Shown here piece by piece: positions 35,584 to 48,625 of a DNA stretch of 64,000 nucleotides. Every line of letters begins with the position of its first letter. Positions within the stretch are counted from its first letter, which is position 1. Origin of the DNA: Podarcis liolepis (Eukaryota); the NCBI GenBank assembly GCA_965112155.1, contig OZ218098.1. One strand, written 5' to 3'. Both the position numbers and the translations under genes were made by a program. Under the pieces are notes generated by a model. It was not told where the DNA came from. It saw only the letters and a list, made by a program, of their open reading frames with translations, and made no database searches.

Positions 35584-38500
35584 AGAATGATTTGAGTCTC
35601 TGAGACCTGTTTGAAAAATAGGATAAAAATGGTGTTAACAACAACCAAAAGTGCAGTGAGAAGATTGTTATTTTCTTTAAAAAAGTATATAAAAACATAA
35701 TTACACAGTGAGGGTGCATATACAAGCCACCTTGGCCACATCTCATTGGAAGGAAACCAAACCAGAAGGCACAGTAGCTGGGTGATATCTTGTCTTCTTA
35801 AAGCCCTAAACAGTGGCCCTCCCACTGAAAACCCCCAACTGCAAGGAAGTGGCAAATATAAATGCCCCCCCCCTCATATTTGTTGATTTCCTGCTAAACT
35901 CTTTAACTCACCAAAGAGTTATTGAGTTCCTTTTATTCTCCGGTTAAAGCTGCAGTTTTGTTGACATATAGTAAACTAAGGCAGTCTCTTTATTTTCTAT
36001 TTACTGCATGAATTAAAAATACCTCTTTGTTCCATTTGCGGACCACATCACACAATGCATCATTCCCTCCCCACCTCCCAACTTGCTTTTCATTTTATAA
36101 TATACCTTTTATGTAAAATAAAACTTAGGAAAGAAATGCTCAAATTCCTTTCCAAACCGTAAGCTAAACAGAAAAGGATTTCTTTTCCCCCCTGATGGAA
36201 AGATTTGCAAAGGGAAGCGACTTAATGGCTCAGAAACAGAGAGACCCAGTTATGAGGAAGAGAAGTACAAAAAGTAGCAATGACGGATTAAATTCTGAAA
36301 TGTCGTGAAAAGTGTAAATGGAAGAGAAATGCAATGACTATAACAGTGCCCCGGCTGGTGTGAGCAGGTAGGGCTCTGGAAGCAAAAGCGGCTCTGTCTT
36401 GGTTTTTTCTGCCCAAGATTTACGTTTTTCAGCAGTGCGGGGGGGGGGGGAGAGAGAGATCAGGGAGAGGGACTGGAATATCTCTGAGGCAATCAGAAAC
36501 CCCAATAGGACTGCTTGAGTGGGATGAGGTGCAAGAATGAGATGTCTTTGTGTCTCCTCCCTCCCTCATGACTTACTTCTCAGTTCTAAAGTGTAAAGTA
36601 TATAACCTCATGTTCATTTTCAAAACTAGCATGGAACAGTTGGCTTAGGGAACTGAAAGGGATACCACCCAGGGCTCTATTGTCTGCAAGGGGATGCCAC
36701 AATACTCTTGGGTACTAAGCTGGTCACCACACTGGGAAATGCATGGGCCAGGCATTGTACAGAAGTGACTAAGCACTGCAGTGATTAACTAAATAAACCC
36801 TGCCTAAGCAGTCTACAATTATTATAGCATGTCTGGAAAATTATTGAAAAAAGAAAAAGGCGTTGGGTGTTTCCCCCCTCCAAGACTTATTTTGATGCTA
36901 AAGACCTCAGGTCCACTTCAGTATTGATGTAACTCACTTGAATTATATGAAGAATTAATTTGGCCATATTACCTTCTCCTCAGGGTTTGTGAGGAGGAAA
37001 ATCCCCTAGAGGTATTGACTTAGTTTATCATCATCATTAGACTGTAGAAATGCTTTATTAGGTCATCTAATCCATTTCCTCCCCTAAACAGCTAATGTAG
37101 GTTCGGCCCCTAACAGTATAATCTACTCTGCTTTGTCTAGACCATTCTTTTTATGGCTTAATATAATGATGCTAACACCACTTTTCCTGGCAAACTATTC
37201 CACATGCTATTAGGAGTTTGTTTTCCCTTGTTGTTCAGCTCAAATTATTTTATAGTTAATTTAAATCTCATTACTTTTACCTTGGCACAGATACTGTACA
37301 ATGCTTTCACAAAGCCTGCTTGAGTCGTCGAGTCATTTTATTTGAGCGTAGTGTCTCTCAAACCAAATATACTTACATAGCAGACCCTCTATCCTTTGTT
37401 CACTGAGTAAACAACAAATAGCTTATTCCCAATTTGTAGCTATCAAAAGGGCCACTTTGAGAAATTTAGGTGGTGGCTCCCAGGCACCTACAGGGGCCTT
37501 GGGTTGTATCTCTCTTTCAGGCCCACTGCCCAAGCCTTTTGTTCCATGCTATTTTTGAGAATGAACCTGATGCTGTTATTTACTTGTTATTTCAGAACTT
37601 TTACTTCCCACAATGTCTTTTAGTGGCACTCCAACAGAGACATTTGTAAAAAAATAAAAATAAAATACAATTGAGGCTCTATTGGACTGCTGTTATATGC
37701 TTCTGATGCCCACCACCATCAACATTACTAGGTACCTATGCCAGGGGCCCTGAAGTGAAGGACATGGCAGGAGTTGATAATGCAGGTGAGCTGCGCACAG
37801 GTGAGCTGCAAGCAAGCTGCCGGCCAGCACTGTGGAGGCTCCTTTTATTGACACAATATGCAAACCCAGGCAGATATATTTTGGGATGTGACCTTTACAC
37901 ATCTTCCAGTCCCAAGATCGTGGGGTGGCACAAAGTTATTTTGGCACCTGTTTCCACCGCATCATTTTCCCCTTGCACACTGTATGACGAAGGAGACAAA
38001 GGTCTCAGACAAAGGTCACAGGCAGGACACCGCAGACTACTGAGACCACAAAAGGTTAGACAAAGGGTGTTCAGACAGCTGTGGCTTTGTCTGTGAGGGG
38101 GAGTGTGCCCTGCACCCCAAGGTCACGCGTGCAGGCAGGCTGAGGCTGCCTGCGGGTGGGGAGTGTGTTTCAGACCCAGCGATCATTCCTACAAGGCCCG
38201 TCAGAGGACACTTTGCCAATAGATCCCTTAAACCTGGAGCTGGCTATGTGACAAATCACAGCCAACTCTCCCAATGACCACTTTCTTCATGGGAGTCATG
38301 AACTGCAGCTATAATGTTGGCTGATAGTGAATTCCAGCTCTCACTGTAGCTTTCCGTTCCTGTTGTCTGCAGAGGCAACCATGTGCTACCAGACTGGTAA
38401 GGAGATAGCACTGCATATACCATCAGTACGATACCATCAGTGCTAATAAAACTATACATTATTAAATCCTGTAAGTGGCTACCTACCACTACTGCTTCCG

Positions 38501-39390
38501 CTGGTGAACACTTCGTCTCCTTGGAATAACGATTCCTTTCCTTTACTCCTTCCACAATGAATCATATTCCACTGGCACCTTCCTGCCAGTAAGGTTTAGT
38601 TCTGTATAAGTAGCCTAAGAGATGGCACAGCCCAGAAATAAGGCAAAGGCAAAACTATTCAGATTGCCTCCCTCCTTGTTGTCCTTCCACCAGCAGGGGA
38701 AGACTTTTTTGTTTCAACAGGGAGCTGACTGCTTTTAATGAAGGGCTGCTGCTGTGTTGCTTTTAATTATTGTCCCCCCCCCCATGTTTTAATGGTTCTC
38801 ATTTTTAGCTGTAAAGAGTCTTGAGTTTCGGCAGGGAAAAAGGCGGTGTATAAATCAAAATAATGATCATGATAATATTAATAATAATAATAGTCAGAGC
38901 AACCTGAGCAATGCCGGCAATGCAATTGGTCCTAGATAATTCTAGGCAAAGCAGGTACCAACTGCTGCTGTTGTGTGTGCATATTTGTTTATATATAAAA
39001 AAGGTGACATGTGTCAAGATCTGTCTTGAGCCTTCAGTAACACAGTTTCTCTAGTGCCAAGGCTTGTGCCCGTTCTTTTTTGCATGCATTATTTTAGCAC
39101 ACATGGAGAAAAGCAAAGGGAACAGCAGGGAGCTAGAGCTCCTTTCATCTTGGCTTTTTTTTTTAAAGGCTATAAAGCAAAGTGATGGGCCCAAAGACTA
39201 ACACACCCCAAAAAGTACCTCCAACTACATATCTGAAGAATAAGAAGCATTTTAAATCATACTTGTATAAGGAGATATCTCAGTAAGAAACTAGAACTTT
39301 CATGAGCTTTGACTGTCATGTGAAAGTTGCCATTTGTGGGGAGATGTGAAAGGTTTTGCCAAAAAAGAAATGTGCCTCCTACTCTTTTGA

Positions 39391-39657
39391 CCACAGTGCC
39401 TGGAGACAGATAGTCAGGTCATGGATCCACAGCAGTGACCAGAGGAGAAATGACTGCTGGGAGGTGCTCAGGGAGAAGAAACGCCATGGTGCATCTGTAA
39501 CAGCAAAACTGGACACCTTCATCTGCCCCAGCTGCAATAAAACATGTCTCTCCCCTATTGGTCTCTACAGTCTCAGCAGACACTTTAACTCTCCAATGGC
39601 TTGTCTTTACCCCGCATGGCACACTCTTCCATGGTCTCTTGAGACAGACTGATGCCG
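39391..39657 (+). mobile_element. RTE-clade LINE 3' fragment (not the BovB subfamily seen elsewhere in the window)
   Basis: Peptide HSAWRQIVR...FICPSCNKTCLSPIGLYSLSRH, matching the RTE C-terminal CxxC...SRIGLxSH motif. 10-bp TSD ACTCTTTTGA at 39381-39390 and 39658-39667. Confidence 0.85.
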
Positions 39658-40937
39658 ACTCTTTTGAGCATTTCCCCCCATACATGTTTGCAGACATTTT
39701 TGCTGACTATTGCTGCTGCTGTTGCTCCTCTGCTATTTTTTAAACTTGAAAGAGTGTCTTCACTGTGTGATCCCATCCAATCAAGAATCACATATGATGA
39801 CAGCATAGTATCCTTCAGCCAATCAGATTTTCCTATGTGGTGAGTATCAGTAGAGGCACATGAAACCCTTCTTTTACCCCCACTTTGAAAGGGGGTGGGA
39901 AAGGGGAATGCAGACAACTGGACCAACACTGTGTCCTGCTGTGTTGTGCTAGCAGTTTCATTGCCTGCCAGTGCTCCATAGCAAGACCTGATGCAGCATT
40001 AGACACACATGGTTATACAAAACGGGCAGGGGTAGACTGGGATGGAGTTGTGGATTGACATTCGGATTCATATTTGAAAATACATTCATTACAAGTAAAG
40101 CTATGCACAGGGACAGCATCTGCATTCAGGTGTTTGACAGCACTGCTTTACTTTCAACAGGATGTATATTTGGATGTGTATCCTAATTAGTCAACTAAGG
40201 ACATAAAAAGTGTCCTCCTAGGTCAGGCCAAAGGCCTATCTAATTCAGCATCCTGATCAACCAGATGCCTATGGAAAGCTCACAAGCAGGACCTGAGGGC
40301 AACAACATTTTCCCCACTTGCGATTCCTAGCAACAAGTCTCCAAAAGCATACTGCCTCCAACAGTGGAAGTAATACACAGTCATCAGGACTGGCTGCTAT
40401 TGATAGCCTTAGCCTCCATGAACATAATGGAATCTAAGCAATGTAGAATCAGCCCTATTGCCACATCAAGGGCAATGCTTCCTCTTTCTCCTGAGGCGCT
40501 CTCTCTCTCTCTCTCTCTCTCCCCTCTCCCTCTCTCCCCCCAGTTTCACACCCTCTTCACAAGGGTTCAGAAAATCACCCCAGGGAAGGGACACAGTCAT
40601 GAGGAACAGAAATGCTGAGAAAACGCACTGTTGATTTCAGCTCAGCAGTAAAGAAAACTCTGTGATAAAGATGGATTAAAGTCATTCACAAGTCTTTTCT
40701 CCTGAGCCTGAAGAGGAGATGAAGACTCCAGCTGTATATTGAGACTTGGAGGTGCTTGGAAAGCAGTGAGACTTTGTGCAGCTTCCTGAGACTCAGCACA
40801 ACCCTCACTACCCATTCTCCAGCCCAGACCTGGAGAGTATGGCAGGGGTGGCTTAAACATCCCCTTGAGCATGGTGTGGCACCAAACAAGATCCTTTCCC
40901 TCCTTATGCAGGGCCATTGTGCCAAGCATAAATTCTA

Positions 40938-41995
40938 GCTGCTTACGAAGACAATGGAGTGTGCCTCCAGGGGTGAAGTCAAACCGCTGGAGAATCACAG
41001 CGCCTGCTGTGGCTGCAAATACCAGGAACCCATAATTGCTGTCTCCTGCATTGTTTTTGCTGCATTAGCAGCACCAAAACGACCTTTTGTGGCGCAAGCC
41101 TGGGCAGTGTGTATGAAGGTCCTGGGCTGTCTAGATGACAAGACCTCCTTCTCAGCCTCACTGATGATGTCAAAGGAAAGCAGAGCAGTACATGTGGCAC
41201 CAGTTTGGCTGCAGGAGTTGACAGAAGGAGGCATACAAGACGCCATCCAGTCCTCTTAGGGACTCCACTCCAGATTTGTGTAGGGTTTACACCATAGGCA
41301 TTCTTCTCCTGAAGATGTCCCACAAGGCAGCAGAGGTTTAAAATCAGAGTTTTCCTTCCCCTGGATGGTCTACCTTCCCAGGTTGATGAGCCTCACCTAC
41401 GTCTCACTTCCTTCTACAGCATATGCAGTAACCACCTTCTTGACTGTTGGACCCACTATTGCTCTTGTCTGCTCAATTCTGACCCCACCTTCGCGTGCAG
41501 GGGAAATCCGTAATGCACTAAGGCTTGGAGACCCATAGGCTACCCTCGTCTAGTTTAGCCAGCCAGTTGAAGCTGTGGCTGCTGTTGCATGCTAACAGCT
41601 TCTAAGAGCCACAGGTGACAGCGAAGTGCAGAGTGGGTGTTAAGTTGTGGGTGAACGTATCAGATGACACAGCGATTCTTCACACAGTTCTTGTTTATTC
41701 ACAGGCCAGAACAGAACTGAACTGAAGGGTTCAGCCAGCCTGCTTATATAGAGCTCCACTAGAATGCAACAGTAACCATTTTCTGTAACTATCCAATCAC
41801 TGAACGTCACTTTCAATCCCTTATTTGCATATGTGGACCTGAGTGAAAACTATCTACAGTATCCCCCTGCTGGCCCAGGGTGAGAACTTCAGTACAAAAC
41901 AGTGGGGACCAAAAGTTGGATGAACTACCCCAGAAGGAGCATGGTGTGTCTCCCACCAGAGGTACTACACCTCCCATAACACCTCTTTCACCTCA
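40938..41995 (-). mobile_element. Bipartite non-autonomous RTE derivative (5'UTR-like part fused to an RTE 3' end), interrupted by a solo LTR
   Basis: The reverse complement of ~40940-41030 aligns with the RTE 3' end at 39558-39640. The remainder has RTE 5'UTR-like motifs (CAACTCCTGCAGCCAAACTGGTGCCA). No RT ORF. Ends are approximate. Confidence 0.6.
41638..41901 (-). mobile_element. 264-bp solo LTR (Copia-like)
   Basis: TGTT...AACA termini and a perfect 5-bp TSD GTGGG (41633-41637, 41902-41906). The minus strand carries ATGCAAAT, ATTGG, TATATAA and AATAAA in promoter-to-polyA order. Confidence 0.85.
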
Positions 41996-44216
41996 TAGAA
42001 TGTAAAGACCTTCATGATCACCTTTTCTAAATATTAACTTGGTTCCAGTCAATCTGTCTGAGAATGTGATTCAGTGGACTACTGTTCTTTAGTTTACATA
42101 TTTCAATCCTTCTACAGGGCATTTTTACTGGTCTAGATAGGCCTGAATTGTAATGTCAAAGGGGAAGTTTGTAACAAAACTTTAAGGCTGGTCCCCAATG
42201 GCAATATAGCAGAAAACTAAAAGAGGTTGAAGCAAGAATTGTATAGACAAGAGTGAAGGTCCCTAATGACAGGAAGGTTAATAAAAGGGGGGAAATGGCT
42301 TGTATGAATGCCAGTTTCTGTCCATATCTTAGCCTGGTACTTAAGGGGAATGTTTTCACTTAGATACTTTTGGTCCTCTTGCTGACATGAGGGAGATGCT
42401 GTTAATAACAGAGATTGTCCCTGATGGTGGCAGGTCTAATTACAGGATAAAACACAAAAAGGTAGAATGAAGTAACGGGTTTGTGGGTTTCTTTTTTCCC
42501 CTGGATGTCAGTTTATTACCAATCTGACATTATAACTTTAAGGGTCAGTTCTCTGCAGTCCCTGCATTACCAAAACAAAAAGAAAAGCAGAACACACAAA
42601 GAGGCAAAAGGGGGGTGGGAAGGAAGCAATCTTTGTTAGTTTCCTCTTCAAAATATTTCTTCTATTAATAGTGGCTTATAAAATAGGACTCCTTGTAAAA
42701 GGCGCCTAAAATATGTGTGTGGCATAGGCACACATCACTATTTAATTCATCTCCTTAAAGAGAACTTGGATTTGCTGGCAAATAAGCCACTGAAATAAAC
42801 AAGAATCCAAAACCTTGGCAAATATTTGCAGCTTTTCTCCCAATGCAGAAGGCTTTAGTGAGCCATAGGAAATACGGTAAATGAAATCTATATGCTAAGT
42901 CTGTCTACCTAAATTTTTTGTCTCCCCATTTTGGTTGCTGGTGATGTTTTAAAGGATTACTTTTGTTGATTTTATATTCATGTGTTGTACTCCATCTTGC
43001 TGTTTTTTACATAAATGTGGATTATAAATTCATTAACAACAACATGACTACTAAATTGCATCTTATTCAAAGTGCAATCAAAATTGTGGGGAATACACAC
43101 ATACACAGAGTAAGAGAGTCTCACTGTCATTGTCCAGATTATGAATTATGGTTCCAAAACAAAATCTCATTGTCCAGATTATGAGTTATGGTTCTAGGGC
43201 TGTATGGTGTCACAAATCAGTTCTCAGCTGACCCTACTGCCTTTCATTTAAGCTAACCTAGGGCTGAATATTCTCATTTGTGTTCATTGACCGTAAGACT
43301 TCCAGTTGACTACTGATCACCCTGGTGGGTCAGGCTCATGAGATCATTGCGTCCACTTCTGGGTGTTGCAGTTTTGGGAAGGTATAGTTTTCCCGCTTAT
43401 GATCCAGTTCTGTCCAAATGAACATCCCAGGGCACTGATCACCAACATTATTCAGGTCCCACAAAGCCCATGAAAATGAGTTTGGTCTTAATCCTGATCT
43501 TGTATGTCACCTGCTAAGGAACAACTATCTCTTCGGTTTAAGTAAATAAATGAATGCATAAATAGTTAAATAGATGCTTTTCAGATTGCCCATTTAAAGG
43601 GCCCCTGCATTTGGGGATAGCTTTACAAATACTTAAAAACAGAATGTGATTAATAAAAAAAGCAAACAATATTTTTTTAAAACAACAACCCTAAGAACAG
43701 AAAAACAGAAGCTAAAAGCAACATAACTAATTTTCTCCAAGTTTCAAATTATTTAAAAGGCAAAAAAAAAGAGGAAGAAAGAATTTTCCTGTTGCCTAAC
43801 CTCCCTAGGAGAGTATTCCACAACTGGGTGCCACTACTGAGAAGGCTCCCCTCTTTTTTCTGATTGCCGCCCACCTTACCTCACCAGGTGGCTAGGTTTG
43901 CTAAGTATTCAATAAAACTATGTGAACTGCAGTATTGCAAAATGAGATTGATTGCTCCATTGTCTACGTTCACGCTTCCCAAGTGCCCCTATGTGAGGCA
44001 ACAATTTGAACAGACATGTCATCCAGGCAGGGGAGTGGGTCATACAAAAAGGCTAAATGAAAATTTTTCTGCCTTAGCAGTTCGATTTGTGTTTTAAAAC
44101 CTGCCCTCCCAGTTGTACTGTTTTGGAAAACATTTTAAAAGCTATGTCTGTAAATCACATTGGGACTTATACATAGAAGGCAGTTCATCAATACAACTCA
44201 TTACATATTTAATATG

Positions 44217-44217
<1 letters not shown>

Positions 44218-44261
<44 letters not shown>
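44218..44261. repeat. (AGAT)n tetranucleotide microsatellite
   Basis: About 11 perfect units. Confidence 0.95.
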
Positions 44262-45986
44262 GCATGCAAACGGATCTGCAAATATAATTGAAGGGAAGTA
44301 CAAAAGTGCCACTGCTACTGCCTTGATGGTGGACAGCATTTGTCTCATCACAGCAATTTCCAGAGCAACAGCTGTTAGAAAAAAATCCCCACAATCGGAG
44401 ATATCATGGTGGTCCCAAACACAGGCCCAACACAGAGGTACCAGTCATGGGGGACCCATAAAAGGCTAAATGGGAAAGTGCTGCCCTGCTGCTACCCAAG
44501 CCTCCCTTATATGGTTGTGCGACAGTGCCTGCAAAGAAGTGGCAGCAGGTTCCAGTGAGCTCTTGCTGGAATCTTGCCAAATCTCACAGAGTGCATGAGA
44601 TCTTGTGAGACTTTGCCAAGAACTTGTGGAGCACACAAGATCTCATAGGTTCTCACTGGAAGCAGCTGCCTCCGCTTCTCCACCAGCAGCGAAGGTGGTA
44701 GAGTAGGCAAGGTGCCCGCAGGGGCTCTGCCCCAGGGTCCTGCCACCCGAGGCGGCTACCTCAGCCCTCTTCATTGGTAGGTCAGCCCTGGTACAAGTTC
44801 ATGCAAATTGCATCATGGGACAAGTGCAGCCTGATTATAAGCTTCTGAGTTGCTTTTCATGCTACCACAACTCATTCTGGAAGCCACTGGAAGCTGTGAA
44901 CGACTCCTGTTTCTCCCTCTATCTGGAATCTATTCAGAAGCTAGCCTTTAGTCACATGCACCAGGGATAAAAGGTTCAAACATGGCTTGTTTCATTGTGT
45001 GTGTTTGTGTGTGCACGCGTACACACACACACACACACACAAAATCATCATTATCAGTCCAAGATACTTATGTCAAGATCTGAAATGTGTTAAACAGTTG
45101 GGTGAACATTAGATATTGTCCCACAACAGAGAAAGTAGCACGTCTACAATGTCTCACATCCCTGTCTGGAGTCGTTCTTAATGATACATCTCACCGTTAA
45201 AAGAATTATGCTATACACTGACATGGAACCATTGTTGAATTATTTTCAATATTTAATTTGCTGTGCTGAGTTACACAGCATGCACACATATGCTATTTGT
45301 ACCTATACATTTATCTACTCTTTTCTCTGTCTCTTTCTTTCTCCTGAAGCCCTAACATGATTGACACTCTCTGAGAGCCAAAGTTGGAATAAGGAACATG
45401 CACAAATGATGGTTTCCTTAGCAACGGGAACCATGTGAATTCTCTTCTTTCCTTCTTGGTGATTTTTTTTTTTTTTACTTTACTTAGTGGTCTCTCCACA
45501 TTGGTTTTCATGGAGACTTGGAGGCCTGATGTCTATTTTTCTAAAAATAAAATAAAATCAGTGAACCAAAGAGAATTAAAAGGATGTTTTGTTGTTGATT
45601 TGAATGTTTAATTTTGTTTAACTGACAAGATTCTCAAAAGCACATACTCATTTGAGCATTCATAGTTTTGTGGATATTTTTTAAAAATCATCTCTTCTTA
45701 AAGGGATATTTAATTTAAGTGGATATTCCATTTCCAAAAGAAAAAAATAACTGGTATATTGAATGAAGGTGACCATCCTAAACATATTTTCTGTTAAGTA
45801 AGACAGATTGTATTTGAGAGAGTTAACTTTCATGTAAGCATGCTTAGGATTGTGTCAATAATTTAATTTCCATACATGGTTCTGTTATATTTGTGTGTGA
45901 AAAGTACATTTCCTTCAAATAACAAACCACAAATGTCCAACCAGCAATTTTACTTATTTTATTTTTATAAAAAGCATTTTCGTAAA

Positions 45987-46095
45987 ATCATAGAATCATA
46001 GAATTTTAGAGTTGGGAGAGATCCCAAGGGTCATCTAGTCCAACCCCCTGCAACAGAGGAATCTCAAGAAAAGCATCCATGACAGATGGATCATA
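45987..46095 (-). mobile_element. CR1 LINE 3' end
   Basis: AATCATAGAATCATAGAATTTTAGAGTTGG...GGTCATCTAGTCCAACCCCCTGC. Confidence 0.85.
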
Positions 46096-46309
46096 GAAAA
46101 TGCTACATAAAATTAGGGGTTGTTTGCTTGCCCAACCGGCCTACCTAGCACTTTTAGCTCCTTTGCATGCAGTCAGATGCACCCTACATAGGTAAGGAAT
46201 CTCTAGCCCACAGGCCAAATTTAGCCTGACATGGGTCTCAATTTGGCTTGCAAGTCCTTCACACACACCCCAATGATGCCCTCCCATCTCCCACCTGAAG
46301 GTAGAGACA

Positions 46310-46569
46310 TAGCTGGAGTTGCCCTGCCCTTGCATGATGTCTTGGGTTTACAATTTTGGGAGAGGGGAGACTGTGGCACTGGGGAGCGGGCAGGCTGGCG
46401 AGGCCCCTTAGATTTAGAGACCCAAGTTATCCTGCCCTCACATAAAGTCTTGGTTTGCAATTTTGATAGAAGGAGACTGCTGGCTGGAGAGCAGGAGGGC
46501 TGGCGAGGCCCCCTAGATTTAGAGACCCTAGGCTTCAGCCTACTTAGCCTATACATAAATCCGGCACTG
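46310..46569. mobile_element. hAT-like DNA element end with an internal 105-bp-period tandem repeat
   Basis: GGCTGGCGAGGCCCCnTAGATTTAGAGACCC at 46393 and 46498. Terminus AAATCCGGCACTG. Confidence 0.55.
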
Positions 46570-47310
46570 CCTGCATGTGGAAGCGGCGGGACAGCCCTCT
46601 TGTCCTTCACCACAAGTAACAAATCTCTTGGGCTGCCCCGTCCTCTGTTCTGCTTTCTCAACAGAGGATGGCGATGAGGCAAGTGCTAGGAAAACACCTA
46701 GGGCTGTTTGCATGAATACACCACACAGTAAGTGATACTTTGTTGGCAGGATAATAAGTGCTAAAGGACCACTTACCTCCTCTTGTGTGTTTGTGTGTGG
46801 GGGTTTTTTTTTAGCCCACAAGAGTTTGGAACATATATGCAAAGCGCACAGAAGAAGTCACTTTTATTGCAGCAACCTCTGGCATGCTGGTATACGAAGT
46901 GCTTTTAAAGAGACACCATCAACTTGAAATCTTGTCATTTTTAAGTGTTAAAAGTGGTTTCATATGTTACACTTGCCCCCATATTTCACTTTCATTTCCT
47001 TCAAAGCCATTCATGAGGATAGTTAGCCTCTTTGCCCCTCCACACCCACACCACAATCAGACTTCAGTCGGGAGGGCTGTCTATGGATGCAAAGGAACAT
47101 ATATATTTGCTTCTAAGTCACCTTTAGTCATTTTCTCTCCTTGCTCCCCTCTCACAAACAACAGGTACATGAGGCACACACAGGACCGTAGCTCAGAACT
47201 GCATACCATAAGGAACATGAAAACATCTGGCCCATGTTGTTCTGATTGCATACTTTGTTTTCCCATGCCATTACCACACTCTGGTCCAAACGATTGGCTG
47301 ATCCAGAATA

Positions 47311-47724
47311 CAGTGGTGCCTCGCAAGACGAAAAGAATCCGTTCTGTGATTCTCTTCGTCTAGCGGTTTTTTTCGTCTTGCGAAGCAAGCCCATTGAAGG
47401 ATTAGCGGATTAGCGCTATTAGCGGCTTTTAGAGGCTTTTAGCGGCTTATCTGCTGATCGGATCAGCTGATAAGCGGCTTAGCGCTATTAGCGGCTTTTA
47501 GCTGCTTTTAGCGGCTTATCTGCTGATCGGATCAGCTGATAAGCAGCTTAGCGGCTTAGAGAAAGGGGGGGAGGAAAAAAAACCAGCAGGAACTCGCAAG
47601 ACATTGCTGTCTTGCGAAGCAAGCCCATAGGAGATTCGTTTTGCGAAGCACCTCCAAAACGGAAAACTCTTTCGTCTAGCAAGTTTTCCGTCTTGCGAGG
47701 CATTCGTCTTGCGGGGCACCACTG
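47311..47724 (-). mobile_element. Tigger-like MITE, GCAAGACG family, copy 2 (inverted relative to 2936)
   Basis: TIRs CAGTGGTGCCTCGCAAGACGAA / TTCGTCTTGCGGGGCACCACTG and TA TSDs. 69-bp internal tandem duplication at 47411-47548. Confidence 0.9.
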
Positions 47725-48149
47725 TATTTTATTCCACCAGGAGAACAATTTTAAAATAGCTCATAGTGAAATCCCTGTAAAATTCAGCTCAAATTCTCAC
47801 ATTCGTTTAAGACATGATAAAGTCACTGCAATGTGATTCCCCCCCCCCTCCATTATTTTCACTTCTACGAAAACTGTTATTCTGAAAGTAGAGAGATCTA
47901 GGGTTTATCATAGTTTAGAATCCAGGAATATTACGTTCTCCACAATGTACGGACATAACAAATATCATTGCAGGAAGCAGGATCTAGCCTCCTTGGGGCC
48001 TCAGCTTTTTGGCAGGCCTCAGTAGTGCCAACACTTACTCTGAGAACTAGGCCCAGATACCCTGGGCTTTGTCTTGCCTATAGCAGCAGCAACAACAACA
48101 TAGGCATCTGCAAGTCACATATGACTGTAAATTTTCCGCAATGCCCAAT

Positions 48150-48625
48150 GAATGGAACTGTCAGTTTTGGTTCTCTCGGTTTCTCATTTTTCCAATCTCA
48201 AATTCTGTTACCCACCTATCTGCAGCTATTTGTGAATCTGTTTTCTTTAAAATAATAATAATAATAATCCTCATGAAAATTCTTCAGAATTTTGGTGTGT
48301 ATATCTTCCAAAGAAGCCTTTTTTTGTATTATAGTTTTGACTAATTTATAGATTTGTGCACAGTTTTGTCAGCAATTTCTCCTTCACAGATGTTTAGCAG
48401 AAAAGTATCCAAGACGCTCTCTACTTTGAAATGGATTACAGAAGAAACAGAAAAAAGTGTGGCTTTGGGAATTTGGGGAAAACTTAGAAATAAATTGCTG
48501 TGGATTTCACTTGGTAGGTCTAAGCCCTGGTTGCCCTAATGGACCATCTCCACTGGCTTCGGTTCTCATATTGTTTCTGAAACAATAATACCTTTGAATG
48601 CAATCTGAATTGAATTCCATCCCTA
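48150..48625. repeat. Unclassified old AT-rich interspersed repeat family (also ~5200-5440, 5680-6080, 15320-15760, 50480-50900)
   Basis: Shared motifs TCCTCATGAAAATTC, CTAATATA.GCATTTT and TTGCAAAATTCAGAGAAGT, with ends such as TCCCATCCCT. Boundaries approximate. Confidence 0.5.

Noticed and set aside
35154-35855. Longest ORF (233 aa, minus strand)
   Set aside because: It is kept open by the (CT)n microsatellite (RE repeats) and has no recognisable domain.
43127-43194. CRISPR-like repeat-spacer-repeat
   Set aside because: Only two units with a 12-bp spacer, in a vertebrate context with no cas genes.
46221-47363. 148-159 aa ORFs
   Set aside because: They arise from a repeat with an internal duplication and from chance frames running into a MITE.
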